Origin: the human T2T-CHM13v2.0 reference genome, Homo sapiens
Assembly (NCBI RefSeq): GCF_009914755.1
Contig: NC_060938.1
Reading direction: 5' to 3' (one strand)
DNA length: 64,000 nucleotides
Shown here: one piece after another, positions 27,953 through 43,390 of the stretch
Layout: each line of letters begins with the position of its first letter
Position numbering within the stretch: the first letter of the stretch is position 1
Made by a program: the position numbers and the translations under genes
Notes under the pieces: generated by a model
Seen by the model: the letters and a program-made list of their open reading frames with translations, nothing else
Told to the model about the DNA's origin: nothing
Database searches by the model: none

Positions 27953-28334
27953 AATAGCATTTAATATACCTTCATCTATCTCAATTTTCTCCCTTTTTAG
28001 CTTTCATTGATATCTTTAGTTTTGTTTTGCTTCATTCTTCCTTGGTTGCATCTCTTTATCAGGATAACTTCTAAATATAATGTATAAAGAAAAATTTGCA
28101 TATTGTAAAAAAATTAATCTTGATAAATACTAAAATTGTCAATGAAATACAAATGTGTCAAGATGTTCACACTATAAGAAGCTTAGAGGAATTGAAACCT
28201 ACTGAGGGAATAACATATTCATGTCTCTCTCATGCCCCATTGAGACCAAGTCTACTTAGTAGAATCATATCACTATTTACATTATTGTCCCTCCCTACTG
28301 TTTTCTTCCTTTTTCTTGACTATGTACATGGAAT

Positions 28335-28520
28335 TTTTGTTTGATAATTGGATTGGTTTCAAACTTACAGAGAAGTTGCAATTATAGTATTTTTTTTCTG
28401 AATGACAGAGTAAATTGTTCACATGATACTTCATTATCCTCGTGCTTTGTTTCATACAAACCAAGGCATTCTCCTACATAACCACAATATGGCCATCAAT
28501 ATCAATAAATTGTGATAGCA
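28335..28520 (-). mobile_element. Old L1 (L1MC/ME) 3' end
   Basis: ttcaaacttacagagaagttgcaa; aaggcattctcctacataaccacaata. Confidence 0.65.
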
Positions 28521-28961
28521 TCATATTGTAGCCTCTGTGGGTATCACTGTTTCCTCATATGGTCAATTAAATATAACTTCTGTTTGGAAAACATAAATTA
28601 TAGCAGAATATAGAAAGCTTCTGACCAATCAATAATAAGGATCATAAGAACTCATTATAACTGGAGTCATAGTAAAGCTTAGGAAAAGGATGAAAACTAA
28701 TTCCACAAGAACTAGTAAAAAATAAACTGATCTAAATATAAAAAACTATCAACTAGGCCCTCACTTTACATATTTTAAACATTTTTAGTAATTTGTAGAT
28801 GCTATAGTAGATACTATAGAAGCTTTGAGTTTTAGTATTTTTGTCCATTTTTCTCTCAGACTTCAAATTGTTTAAGATTCTGTTATTTCAATTATGTCTA
28901 TTTTGGCTAATTATTCTGAGTTTCAAAATTTTGTCTTTTCTTTAAATAGATTGCTTTATGC

Positions 28962-29167
28962 TAGTAGATCTCAACCCAGGGTAATTTTGACCCATCCCCC
29001 GGGTTGCCTAGAGATTTTGCAATGTGTGAAGACGTTTTTGGATGTTACAGCATTTGGATGTAGAGACCAGAGATGTTATGGAACATCTTCCAGTACACAG
29101 AACAGTCTCCTGCAACAGAGAATTATCCAGTCCACAATGTCAGTAATGCTGAGGTTCAAAAATCTTG
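28962..29167. mobile_element. MER20 (hAT-Charlie)
   Basis: tctcaacccagggtaattttg..gcaatgtgtgaagacgttttt..aattatccagtccacaatgtcagtaatgctgaggtt. Confidence 0.85.
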
Positions 29168-29213
29168 CTCTAAAGCAAATTGGTTCAAACTGAAGATTTT
29201 TCAACCTCAATGA

Positions 29214-29544
<331 letters not shown>

Positions 29545-31568
29545 TTTAGTGCATTTTCAAGTGAATTTTACTGGTTTCTAAATCTTTTTTTTTTTTTTTT
29601 TTAAATTGCTTAGCGTTCAGGTTCGTGTAACTTCTGTTGGCCAAAGCTCAGAACTCACAGGTGGGACCCATGTGGAAGAGTAGAAATCTACAGCTAGACC
29701 CAGTAAGACATGGTAGGGTTTACATCTACTTTTTGGTTGAAGTCAAAAAATATATAGATTCTGGAATCAGGGTGAGGCCAGTCCTCAAAAGTAGACTGTG
29801 CTTCTATCAAGGAAATTTTTTAACTTGTACTTGTATAAGAGGCAAAAGAATGGAACAGGTATAGGTTTTCAGATGTCACTAACAATAATAAAGTCTATCA
29901 AACTGTCATACTTCTGTAAAGACAAAGACCCCAAACACCCAGAGCAAATATTTCCCCATGGAACGGTTACCATTAGCAACTACATCCTGTTGCTAGGCAA
30001 GCTCAGGTCAGTTCTGGGAGTGAGTTAGTACCCTCCAGTCACAAGAAGCGTGGGAAAGATGTGCAGCACCCTCATCACGACCCATGAAGCATATTTCGGT
30101 ACCCATTGGTTTGTCACAGCATAGGTGAGAGGAGATGTGTTAGAGCTCCCCAACTAATTATATTATTTGTGCTTTTTAAATATGAGCTGGCTTTGAGGAC
30201 ATCACAAAGTTGTTTTACAGAGTATTTTGTTGGATGAAACTAAATTTGAATGCTGAATTTAAAGCCACCATGAGGAATCATTTTTCATTTATCAAATAGC
30301 TAAGATATATTTTTAAAAATGAAAAGCTTGAGAAGTCAGTATGGAAAAGTAAGAAACTTCATCCACAGCATTATAACCCCCAAGGCAAACTGTGACTTGG
30401 ATGATCAATAACCGTTTCCTTGGGGGGCAAATAAAATTTTACTAGCAGTGGCCAAGCAGAGTAAGCCTGTATATAATATAATCTGTCTTCATGTTACTAA
30501 TGGGGAAGCTATTTTGAAACAATATGATAGGCTGGGTCAGATTGTCAAAAGCCCGGCATAATTTTCTTTCTTTCATTGCTTTCCTTCCCCAGGCAGGGAC
30601 CCTGGCTTGCCCCTGAGCCCCGGGAGTGCTCTGGGTAGGGGGTAAAGCCATTTACAAGAATTTTCAAAGATCACATATAAAATGTAAAATAGGATATTTT
30701 AAAATTTAACAGTTTGTAGAGGGGTGCTACAATTATGAATGATTTTAACTTTTCTCATTTTACTTGAGTTTTCTAAATATTCTCTAATAAATATGCATTA
30801 TTACATTGTTTAAACAAATTGCCTCCTGTATATCACTTTCTCTTAGAGCCCTCCAACCCTCAGGCAATAGAACTAATATACTTGAGCTAAAGGGCTAGTA
30901 GATTAACCCTCCCAGCAACTCTTTTATTGTAACTGAAACCTTATTGTCCTGACAAAAGAAGAAATTCTAAAAATGCTAGACATAACAGGAGCTGTCAAGA
31001 AATAGGATAACTCTCATGTCCCTGAAATATTCCACACTATATGCACCATCTACCAAAGTTTGTTCTATTCTGGAGAGATCTTTCTCTCTTTCTCAAATAT
31101 GTGTCTACACGCACACCCTACAAACAGAATGAAATGAGAGAGAGAACGAGGGAGGGAGGGAGAGAGACCCCGAGATTCTCCGGCTTTTAACTAGGCAGCA
31201 GAGTGTCAGAAAGCAGTACTGCTTGGATAAACATTGAAGCACATGTCCTGTGATTCTTATGACAATCTTTTAAATTAAACACACCTAACCCAGGAATCCG
31301 TCATTTGCTGGTTATTACTTCTTTATCTTGGAACACAGATTCTTAAACCGGACTTTTTGGATCTCCTTAATAGGTCCATGAGGGGTCAGGATGTCCACAA
31401 ACCACTGAAATTACAGGTTAAGTAACAACTTTGTGCTATAACAACACGTTTTATCTTCCACCATATATATATATATATATAAACTTATTCACTAAGAATT
31501 TTATCTAATAAAAGGCAATCTGTGACAATCTAGAAAAGGAATCTAGATTAAGTAATCCATACAGTGAG

Positions 31569-31855
31569 TTCTTTTTTTTTTTTTTTTTTCCTTTTTTAAG
31601 AGACAGGGTCTCTGTCACCCAGTTTGGAGTGCAGCAGTGCCATCATAGCTCACTGCAGCCTTGAACTCCTGGGCTCAAGCCATCTCTGGAGTTGGTAGGG
31701 ACTACAGGAGTGTGTCATCATGCCTGGCTAACTTTTAAAAAATTTTTTGTATAATTGGGGTTTTACTATGTTGCCCAGACTGGTCTTAAATTCTGGCCTG
31801 AAGCAATCCTCCTGCCTCAGTCTTCGAACAACCTGGAACTACAGGTACACCGCCA
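31569..31855 (-). mobile_element. Diverged AluJ
   Basis: Poly-T, then agagacagggtctc..catagctcactgcagccttgaactcctgggctcaagc. Confidence 0.85.
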
Positions 31856-32529
31856 TTCCTATAGCATATCCACTCCAGAGACCTGCAAGATATTTTGTGT
31901 TCCCCCTCATAGCAATATAGATGAATCCTAACCTAGAGAGACAATAAGATTATTAAATGAGAAATCTAAGGGATACAGAGAGGTGGGTCTAGCCAGGGTT
32001 CTCCCTAATCAGACCAGCCATTTCTGGATGGAACCACTGCCAAGAACACCTTAGGACTTCCTTGCAGTTAGTTCTGTTAACACTATACTTTATTCTTCAT
32101 AAACCAGCCAGATTTATCCTCAGAAATGCAACTCTGATCTTACCCCTCAGTTTAAAATACTTTAATGACCACCCATTGCCTTAGAATTAAATACAAATTC
32201 TTTAATTCATCTTTAAAAAAAATGGCCTCCAAGGTCTGACTGCATTTTCACTGTCACCTTACCCCTTTTTGCCCATATCAGGCTTCCCAATTAGCTCCCA
32301 AGATACACCCTGCTCATTCATGTCTTGATGCTTGCTTCCCTGGCTGGTGATGGCCAGCGTGATAAGAGCAGTAATTGAGGTACATATCAGCCTATGAGTA
32401 TACAGAGAAGGGAGACGACTGACTGCATGGAGAAGCTGAGAGAAGAATCAGAAACCAGGTAGCGCTGTCAAATTTTTTTTTACATAGCATAAGGACTTAG
32501 GGTCAGAGCAGTTAAAAATACTTTTCATA

Positions 32530-33110
32530 CATTCGACATTTATTTAACAAATACTTTTCAAGTGCTGCAAATGTGCCAATACTAATCTAGGTCCTGGAGA
32601 TATAATGAACAACAAGCAGTCTGTGACCTTACATATCTAACATTGTAGGGTAGAGACAAACAGTAAACAAAGAAGCAAACATATACAAAGCATAAGGCAA
32701 GGAGTGAAATTGTTATGAAGAGAAAAAAACTGGATAATAGAAGTAATAAAGTAACGTGTGAGAAAGGCGATTGTGTTAGACAGAATGTCAGGGAAGGTGT
32801 CTTGAGAGGTCCTATTTGAAGGAAAATCTGAATGAAGAGAAGGATGGAGCCATAAAACTATCTCAGGAGATTGTTCAAAGACATGGCATCTTCAGCTATT
32901 CTGAGCCTAATTGTCCTTGGCAGGTTGAAGAGCAGGGGCAACAGGGAGTGAGAGGAAGAGAGTGGTAGATCAAGTTTGGACAGGTGGCCAGGGTCAGATC
33001 TTTTAGGGCCATATATTCCTTGGTAAGAACTTTAGATTTTATTCTAAGGATGAAGAGAGCCAGTGGAGCATTTTAAGAAGTGGTATGTCTTGTTCTGACT
33101 TGTCATCTGT
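32530..33110 (-). mobile_element. L2
   Basis: atttatttaacaaatacttt..tgtgccaatactaatctagg; ggtaagaactttagattttattctaag. Confidence 0.8.
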
Positions 33111-33147
33111 GAACACAGCTTACTGAAGGCAGACCTTGTACTAGAGC

Positions 33148-33281
33148 TAGGATGTGTGTATGCCCAGATTTTCCAGGCGCAGTCCCCATTTACACATATT
33201 GTCCTGGTGTAATTAGTAAAAGCACCCCCTTTCACTCTCAGTGGTGTCCTAGTATGGACTATAAATCGTATGTTTGCCCTG
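33148..33281. mobile_element. MER94 (hAT-Blackjack)
   Basis: ttgtcctggtgtaattagtaaaagcaccccctttcactctca..gtgtcctagtatggac. Confidence 0.75.
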
Positions 33282-34879
33282 TCTAGCACCCAAGTGTCCC
33301 CTTTCCCTGGCTAGTGATTTTTCTGCTGCACTGTATAGTGCATCTTAATCTGTTTGGCACCAAAATTTCAGTCTGTTGGGAGATTTATTTTAAAAGAAGG
33401 AATCCATTTCTACCATTTCTAAATATACAATGTAAAATTATGAAAATAAGATACGCTTTAGAACTTTGGGCTAATTTGTATGGAATGAACTTGTTCTGTA
33501 AGGTGAAGTATATTTACTACGAGTAGTAGATGGACTCTGCATACATCTTGACCATCGCGCCTTATTCAATGGAGGCTTTGGCCAGGAAGAATCAGTCCTA
33601 AATAAAATTATGACTATAATATGCAGAAATAAAGTCATTATCTGCCCCTGAATGCAGAGACCACATCAAATTGCACTGTTTGTCCTTCAGAGCCAGGCAC
33701 ATTGGTAGGCACAGAACAAGCCTTGACTTAATATTTTTTAATAAATGGCCAAACAACGTGAATAATGTCAGATGCTGGAATTTAAAGATACCATGGAAGG
33801 TTTCAACACCAATCTTATTAGGCTGGCACAGTAAAATAACTAGAGGGTTAAAATGTATGATTTTTTGCGTTCTATTTTAATGAAATGTATCTTATATAAC
33901 ATTGTTTTTGTACTCAGTGTTTTTTTTCCTTAAATGTGATTAATCTTTCAATTTACAGTTGATAACAGTTAATTAACCATAATTCCTAGACATAAAGGTA
34001 ACTGATATAAAATTCCTCATAGTGTTGGCATTTTATTTATGTGAAATTATTATGACACTCTAATTTCAATCCTGGTTGTTACATGTGTGTGTCTGCTTAA
34101 TGGTTAAATGAATTAAATGGAATAGTAGGTTATGGAGGCATCTGAATGGTACTTTGATATATATGATCACAAATTTAATCAAATGTAAAATGCAATAACC
34201 TAATGTGGGTTTTTACAGATAGACTCTAAAGTATCATTGTTTTTCCTTATATTGGTATTTCCTGGCTTTTCTTGGATTGCAAACTTTCCTCTACGTTTTC
34301 TAGAAGTAAAAGGGACCTTGCCAGATGAGGTTCTCAAAGAATTTTGGAACCACTTTCCACTGAACACACCACTGCAGTTTTCTTTCAATTTCCCTAGTTT
34401 TTCTTAATTAATGTCACTGACGCTTGTTCAGAATGAAACATGTTTTCTTTGCGTGGACTCTTAAGATAAACAGAACACCACCGCCACCCTGGGCAAATTT
34501 ATCCTTCTTTGTATAAGCTTAGTATACACCTTTTATGCTAAACTCCAGTTTAAAGTCCCAACCTGGGCTAATTATCTGTAACATTAGATTTAGAAATTTA
34601 TGATTTTCCTCTTGAGACAAGACATTTTTTCTCTGCCTGTTTCAAAGTCCAGGTCTCAGGTTAAAGACAGCAGCCATCCTGCTCCCCATCTTGCAGACCT
34701 GCTTTCTACAGGAAAGTGCTGTTTAGCACTCAGGACTGCCCATTTTGTTGATATAATACAATGTGTTTTTCTGAGCTTCCAAATAGAATACATCTGTTCT
34801 GTGAAAATGGAAAGAACTCTTGGTGTGCAGAGCAGACTCTTTGGTACTGCTTCAGGCTATGACAGGAAAAGCCGCAAGC

Positions 34880-35043
34880 CTGTGTGCTGAAGCCAGGGCC
34901 CTGTGTTCAAGCTTGACTCTCCCCGCAGCTGGCTGTATGACCTCGAATGAGCTGTCTGAGCTCTCAAATTGTTTTGGTTTCCTTACTTCTAAAAGAATTG
35001 CAACGGATGATCTGTTAGGTCTTTTCTGGCTCTAAAATTTTGT
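34880..35043 (+). mobile_element. MIR3-like SINE
   Basis: ctggctgtatgacctcg..tttccttacttctaaaa..ggatgatctgttaggtcttttctggctctaaaattt. Confidence 0.6.
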
Positions 35044-36057
35044 TAATGCTCTATTTAGTATAGAAATAGAGGTCTTTCTTGTGGTTTATATCTGACCTGG
35101 TGCTTTAAACCTTTTTGCCTTGCAGCCGATTCTCTATAAAGTTAAATGTTCATTCTTGCGTATGCCATGGTTTATTAGAAATGACTGTCAGGAAATGTAG
35201 AGAATCCTATATTTAACATCTCAGAATTGGATACTAGTTTGATATAAATAGCAAGTTGTTATCTGAGTAGATTACAATGGATTTACTATCAAGCAAATTA
35301 AATCACTGGGGACAGACGTGTTTTTAGAATTGTCTGAGACAATCAATCTGTAAGCGGAAAATTTTTGGTACCTGCCAAGCTGTCCTGTATAATTCAAAAA
35401 TATGTCACCCAAATATTTCCTTTTCTGTGGCCGGTAGAGAATGTTAGCAGGAAAGGCATGATCACAGAGGAGCAAGCTTATGCTAATTGAAATTGTACGC
35501 TACAGGCTTTCTGGAGATTATGAAGCAATTGGAAGAATGAGAAAGAGTGAGTAGAAAAGTTACACAGGAAGCAACAGGATAACAAAGGATGCAGGAAGGA
35601 GATGAGGGGGAAGGAAATAATTTAATACTGTGTGGCCAATGAAGTGTCTGAGTTTTATATAAAGAGAAAAGAGGAGAAAGCCAGAGAAGGGAAATGACCA
35701 AAATCATGAGCAAGAAAGATGATCTGAACTCATTAGAATGGAAGAAAAATGGTGATGTGGAGGCAGCCTGTGATAAAAATGGTAGTTTTTAAAATCAGTG
35801 GTAATGCATAGATGTAAGAGATTAGGAATATGCATATTGAGAAATCAATGGAAAAAAACAATTATTTTTTCCCAAATGTTTTCCCGGTGGGATTTGGATA
35901 ATTACATTATACTACTGACAATATTCAGGTCTTTATATTAAAGACACAGCAAGGATGTCAACATATAAATTTTGGGGGAACACAACTGAGCCTTAACCAT
36001 GACTCTGGTTATATCATTTTAACTAAAATGCGTATTAGTGAAATCATGCAAAATTAG

Positions 36058-36478
<421 letters not shown>

Positions 36479-37081
36479 CGAATTTAAGGTTTATAATCTG
36501 ATATAGGAATTTGTTTTGAGGAAAAGATATGTCAAAGGACATTTATTTTGCTTTATCAGCATTCATTTCTCTCTTTCTCAGGTGAATACTTGGGTAATTT
36601 GTATCCTGGTCAACCATCTGATTTTGGGAAGCCTACTAACATATTGCCTGCTCCATTGGTGTAAGCAATCGACACATTCCACAATCTACCTTATTCCTAT
36701 TACTATATCAAGTGGTCCAGGACTGGGACTAATTTCTAGAAGAAGAGAAAATAGAAAGCAAACAAACAAAAACTCTTCCCTAGAAATTAGTGCAGCAGTA
36801 AAGATTTTTTTATCTCTGGTTGTGAAGATGTGAGTTGTGGCCCCAGAATTTTTGATGAGTATATCTGTCCCAGGTTAGATTTGCCGAAAGATGACTTTAA
36901 ACTGGAGTTTAGCATAAAAGGTGTATACTAAGCTTTTTTTCTTTTACCCTTCCTTCATTCAAAAAAAAAAAAAAAAAAAAAACAGCAAAACTTAGCCAAG
37001 TAGAACCTCTTTATTCATTGTCTCAGAGAAAATACGCTATCCCTAACCAGAATCACCCCTAAGAAAGCATGTTTGGTAGAC

Positions 37082-38046
<965 letters not shown>

Positions 38047-38284
38047 AGAGAGGAATCCCAGAAGCCCTGCCTTTACTTATGCACCTACCCTCAGCTAATG
38101 CTAAAAACAGTGGTCTATTCTTTCCATTTGCCTCCCAAATCCCACATAAGAGCTTCTTATGATGGAACATAACCAAAGGCCTTTTGGTAAGGGAGCCTAA
38201 GGAACATAATTTCCAAGGGTTTAGCTCCTTTATGGAAGAGTTCAGAAGGGTTTGTGTAGTTTTCAGTGAGCGATGCCATGATAT

Positions 38285-39545
38285 TGTATCCGGAATTGGT
38301 GGGTTCTTGGTCTTGCTGACTTCAAGAATGAAGCTGGAGACCCTCGCAGTGAGTGTTACAGTTCTTAAAGATGGTGTGTCCGGAGTTTGTTCCTTCAGAT
38401 GTTCAGATGTGTCTGGAGTTTCTTCCTTCTGGGGGGTTTGTGGTCTTGCTGACTTCAGGAGTGAAGCTGCAGACCTTTGCAGTGAGTGCTACAGCTCTTA
38501 AAGGCGATGCGTCTGGAGTTGTTTGTTCCTTCTAGTGAGTTAGTGGTCTTGCTGGCCTCAGGAGTGAAGCTGCAAACCTTCCCGGTGAGTGTTACAGCTC
38601 ATAAAGGCGGCGTGGACCGAAAGAGTGAGCATCAAGATTTATTGCGAAGAGCTAAAGAAGAAAGCTTCCACGATCTGGAAGGGGACCCCAGCGGGTTACC
38701 GTGGCTGGCTAGGGTGGCCTGCTTTTATTCCCTTATCTGGCCCCACCCACATCCTATGGATTGGTCCATTTTACAGAGAGCTGATTGGTCTGTTTACAGA
38801 CCGCTGATTGGTTCATTTTGACAGAGTGCTGATTGGTACACTTACAATCCTTTAGCTAGACAGAGTGCTGATTGGTGCGTTTACAATCCTTTAGACACAA
38901 AAGTTCTCCAAGTCCCCACCAGATTAGCTAGACAAAGTGCTGACTGGTATGTTTACAAACCTTTAGCTAGACACAGAGTGCTGATTGGTGCGTTTACAAT
39001 TCTTTAGCTAGACACAGAGTGCTGATTGGTGCATTTACAATCCTTTAGCTAGACACAAAAGTTCTTTGAGTCCCCACCAGATTAGCTGGACACAGAGCGC
39101 TGATTGGTGTGTTTACAAACCTTTAGACACAGAGGGCTGATTGGTACATTTACAAACCTCTAGCTAGACACAGTGCTGATTGGTGTGTTTACAATCCTTT
39201 AGCTAGACAGAAAAGTTCTCCAAGTCCCCACCCGACCCAGAAGCCCAGCTGCCTTCACCTCTCAGTGGCACTTTCTGCGGGACTTTGCGGCACCTAGCCC
39301 GGGCACTCTGGCAGCCCAGAGGGAGCTTGACACCCGATCAAGCCCAGCAGGCGTCTGCCTGCTGCATCGAGTGCAGGGCCCTCAGAGCCCGCACCCACCG
39401 GGAACCTGTGCCGGCCCGTAAGCGCCGTCCCGTGCAGTCCCAGCTCCCGCCTGTGCCTCTCCCTCCACACCTCCCTACTAGCAGAGGGAGCTGGCTCTGC
39501 CTTGGTTATCCCCAGGGAGGGTTGCTAGCACGTTGTCACCTTTCA
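38285..39545 (-). mobile_element. LTR12 (ERV9) solo LTR, LTR12D-like length
   Basis: Reverse complement TGAAAGGTGACAACGTGCTAGCA...GAACCCACCAATTCCGGATACA; U5 and U3 tandem repeats; perfect 4-bp TSD ATAT; 1261 bp. Confidence 0.95.
38720..39185 (-). promoter_or_regulatory. LTR12 U3 promoter/enhancer: NF-Y CCAAT array, GATA site and AATAAA TATA-like box
   Basis: Ten ATTGG motifs (mostly GCTGATTGG) at 38760-39183; minus strand CCAGATAAGGGAATAAAAGC at 38721-38740. Confidence 0.75.
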
Positions 39546-39714
39546 ATATGGCAGATAGACAAGAGAAATATGTGTTGAAACATGGATGGGGTTCTTTCTG
39601 TCAGAGAATATTTCCCAGTTCCAGTGTGGCTGATTATAAATTACTAGTGTATGAATGTGTCTGCTTTTGTTTGTCTGCGTCTTGTTTTTACTGCTGGACA
39701 TATGTAGCCTGCTA

Positions 39715-39940
39715 CTCAGGCTCTGAGTTAAGTCCTAGCTGGATCCCTACCCTGCCTATACCCTCTTTCCATCTATGTGACCTTGGACAAATTGTCTTAA
39801 CTTTCTCTGCCTTTGTTGTCTCAGGCTTTTAAACACTAAAATATTTGTGACAGTATCTAACATATGGTTTAGATAGGAGGGGAATGAGATAATATATGTA
39901 AAGTGCCTGGTACAAAGTTAATGCTAAATAAACACTGTTT
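39715..39940 (+). mobile_element. MIR
   Basis: ctatgtgaccttggacaaattgtcttaactttctctgcct; gagataatatatgtaaagtgcctgg. Confidence 0.75.
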
Positions 39941-40329
39941 ACCCTTCATCACCTCCTGAGACCAAATATCTTAGATAATTTTAAGTAAAGAACTGGTTGT
40001 TCATTAGGTGTTCTTACTGGGAAAACTTCCAACACCAACTTTATCGAGCAAATATATAAGGTTTATGACTGTGGCAACGATATAAGAAGCAACCATTTAT
40101 TACTTACTCCTGTATCTCTAGCTATAGAAGGGGAAGTATCTTTAGTTGTAGAAGGTGAATGACCACTAAAACTTATAAGTTCTGGTGGACAAAACTTCAA
40201 CCTTTTTTCTCTTCCCTCCACTGACTCCCCTTGCATCTGACTTCCCTTTCTTGCTCTTATTCATCCCACCCCATGAAGGAAATCATCTCTCCTCAGGTAC
40301 TGTGGCTCACTTATTTCTCCTGATATCCA

Positions 40330-40373
40330 TGTATATTAGTCAGGGTCTTCCAGAGAAACTGAGCCAATAGAAA

Positions 40374-40406
<33 letters not shown>

Positions 40407-40838
40407 GAGATTACCGAATTCCTTATAATAAATTATAATTATTTTATGATTATGGAGGCTGAGAAGTCCCATGTTCTGTAATTTGCAAGAAGACCCTGGA
40501 AAGCCAGTGATGTCAATACCAGTTTGAGTCTGAAGGCTTGATAACTGGAAAGTAGGTGATGTAATATCTAGTCTGGGGGCAGAGACCAATATATCAGTTC
40601 AAGCAATAAGGCAGAAAGAGAATTCAACTTTCATTCAATTTTTCAGTCTATTCAGACTCTCAACCTGTTGGATGATGCTGACCCCATTGGGGGAGGGCCA
40701 TCTGATTTACTCAGTGTACCAATTCAAATGCTAACCTCTTCTGGAAATGCCCTTGCAGACACACCCAGAAATAGTGTTTACCAGATACCTGGGCATTCTG
40801 TAGCCCAGTCAAGTTGATACATAAAATTAACCACATCA
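40330..40838 (-). mobile_element. MLT2 (ERVL) solo LTR with internal (TG)n
   Basis: attagtcagggtcttccagagaaactgagccaatag...gcccagtcaagttgatacataaaattaaccacatca. Confidence 0.88.
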
Positions 40839-42202
40839 TGTGAAGTGATAAATAGAACCACAGAACCAGGTTAGCATGAATATACAGTTCTGTGGACCTA
40901 GCCATCTCTGAGAGGGGGAAAAATATATCTCGTTTTATCTTCAGGTTCCTGACACATTCTCTGATCAAGCTTTACCATCAATAATACTGAAGTCTGATTT
41001 TCCATTTGCTTCAGCCCTTTTGTTTAGATCCTGTAATCAGGACTCGGAGGGTTGTTGGGGAGAAATAAATGATGGGATTTATGCACCAAATCCTACTCTA
41101 TACCTTAAAAAATGGGTTTGAGACATTTTATTTTTATTTATCTTTGGTAAATAATTTTATTTAGAAGTTTCTTAACATGAAGCTAACAAAGCATGCTTTA
41201 CTTTCTGCTTATTATTCCGAGATAGATAAAACTTCACCCAAACTAGTTTCCTTAAGATATGTATATACCCTTTAAAGAAGGCATATGCCTTTATAATTTA
41301 ATAATTTGGTTAATAAGTTTTTGTAGAGAATTTAAATTACTTAAGAGATAGAAGAGATGAGGTATAGCATGCAAGATAGGACTTTTACTTTTCTGGCACA
41401 TTACATATTGTGCCAGTGGAAGTTTGTACTTTTATAAATGAGAAAAACTGAATATATGTAACTTCCTTAAGGGGGTCACACAGCTAATTGTAATAATGTC
41501 TAAGAACTGGCCAGTGACAGAAACTTAATGAATGAATACTCACCTTTGCCATTTTTAGTCCTTGTCCTGCATCCGGCTCTTTATCATCATGGTTGGATTG
41601 GGCAGAGAGAGCTCCTGCACACATACATGACCAGGAGCTCCTGACGGCCCTCATGCATAAAGGAACTCTGCAGTGAGTTGGGAATCAGTGGTACTGCTAA
41701 GCTAAGAAACCCTCCACTGCAGATCATCCCAGAGGCAAGAGCAAGTGAAGAATATGCTGTCAGCTCCTGGCATTTTTCCCTTTAGAAGAAACTGAGTGCT
41801 GGTTAATAGAGGCCAGAGGTCTCTGTTGCCTTTGGATGAATTCAGGGTTCAATCACTGAGCACTAGAAGGGAGAAGACCAGGCCTAAGTGGGGGGAGTAG
41901 TAAAACCTCTCCTATGAAGCAGAAAATCGGCTGGAATAACCCACTTATAATAAACTGGGATTAACAAAAGCCTAGCTGACTCAGAATTATTGTGAGTGTT
42001 CTGTTAAACCAACAGACAGATGAGCCTTATCTATGGGCATATATACAAGTATATACTGCCTATAAGAGGATATTTACAAGGCTTACCTTTTATTTTCTGA
42101 TTTATTTGCCTTTAATACCTAGTTTGGTTTCAGTAAGAACCACCACAAACAAAAGCATTGAGAAAAATTAAAATTCATACTGCTAGGCATTTATAAAACC
42201 TA

Positions 42203-42507
<305 letters not shown>

Positions 42508-42939
42508 ACCCTACCTTTCACTCTCAAACATTGAATTGAAGGTATGGTTAAAGTTTTTTCCCCAAAACTTCTAATATCTAAACTCGAGGTCTCATATTTT
42601 AACTAATTAGAACGCCAAATTAGGCATCAGCAAGTACGAATTTCAGAATCCTAGACTGAAACTATCATTAACATTCTGTAAATTAGAGTCTCAGGTTCCT
42701 CATGAGAAATATATAATCTGCTTTATAAAGTTACTTGTGAAAAGGCCAAATTATATAGTAACTGTAATGACATTTTGAGAATCTCCAAAGTGTTATTAAA
42801 ATATAGAATATATCATTTTAGAAATCCGTTTCATCTTTCCTTGTACATAACATTGGAGTAATGACAGGGAGTATAATCCATGAAGGAGTTATTCTGAGGG
42901 TGACTTCTGGTTCAGACTGCAAACTCAGGAGTGACTCAA

Positions 42940-43390
42940 GAACACACTTCACATGGATTGAGAATAGCATAAGAGACTACGAACAGATGCAAAAGCAAAC
43001 TATTTGTGTTTACTTGGAGAAAGGTGACTACTGGATGCCACAAGTTGTGATATTAAGCTTGATTTTATTCAGCATCTTTATTAATCATCCAGAAGATGAG
43101 CAAAACAGCACATTAATTAATTCTGCAGATGGTGATAAACAGGGAGACATTTCAGGGTCTATTGTAGGCAAAGGAACAATATGAAAAGACTGGATTTAGA
43201 AGGAGGCAGAGCAAGACACTAATGAGTATTTGTTTTGGTGCAATAAAGACTTGAAATACACCTAGAATAGAATATGAAAATGCTGCTGAAGGCCTTGAAC
43301 AGTGTGATAGAAAACAATTAGTGGTGATAAGGATACAAATTAAAATATTATTGGCAGCAAAAAGAGCTGTTCTACTGAATTCCCATTTTG
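42940..43390 (+). mobile_element. CR1/L3 LINE ORF2 reverse-transcriptase fossil
   Basis: WIENS...MPQVVILSLILFSIFINHPEDEQNSTLINSADGDKQG aligns by eye to CR1 RT WIENW...[37 protein letters not shown]. Confidence 0.8.

Noticed and set aside
38184-38821. Overlapping 60-111 aa ORFs with internal repeats
   Set aside because: Antisense read-through of LTR12 U5 tandem repeats
38780-39230. Repeats of about 40 bp superficially like a CRISPR array
   Set aside because: LTR12 U3 enhancer tandem repeats; no unique spacers, no cas genes, eukaryotic DNA
41393-41416. 8-bp hairpin ctggcaca/tgtgccag
   Set aside because: Stem length is at chance level for this window size
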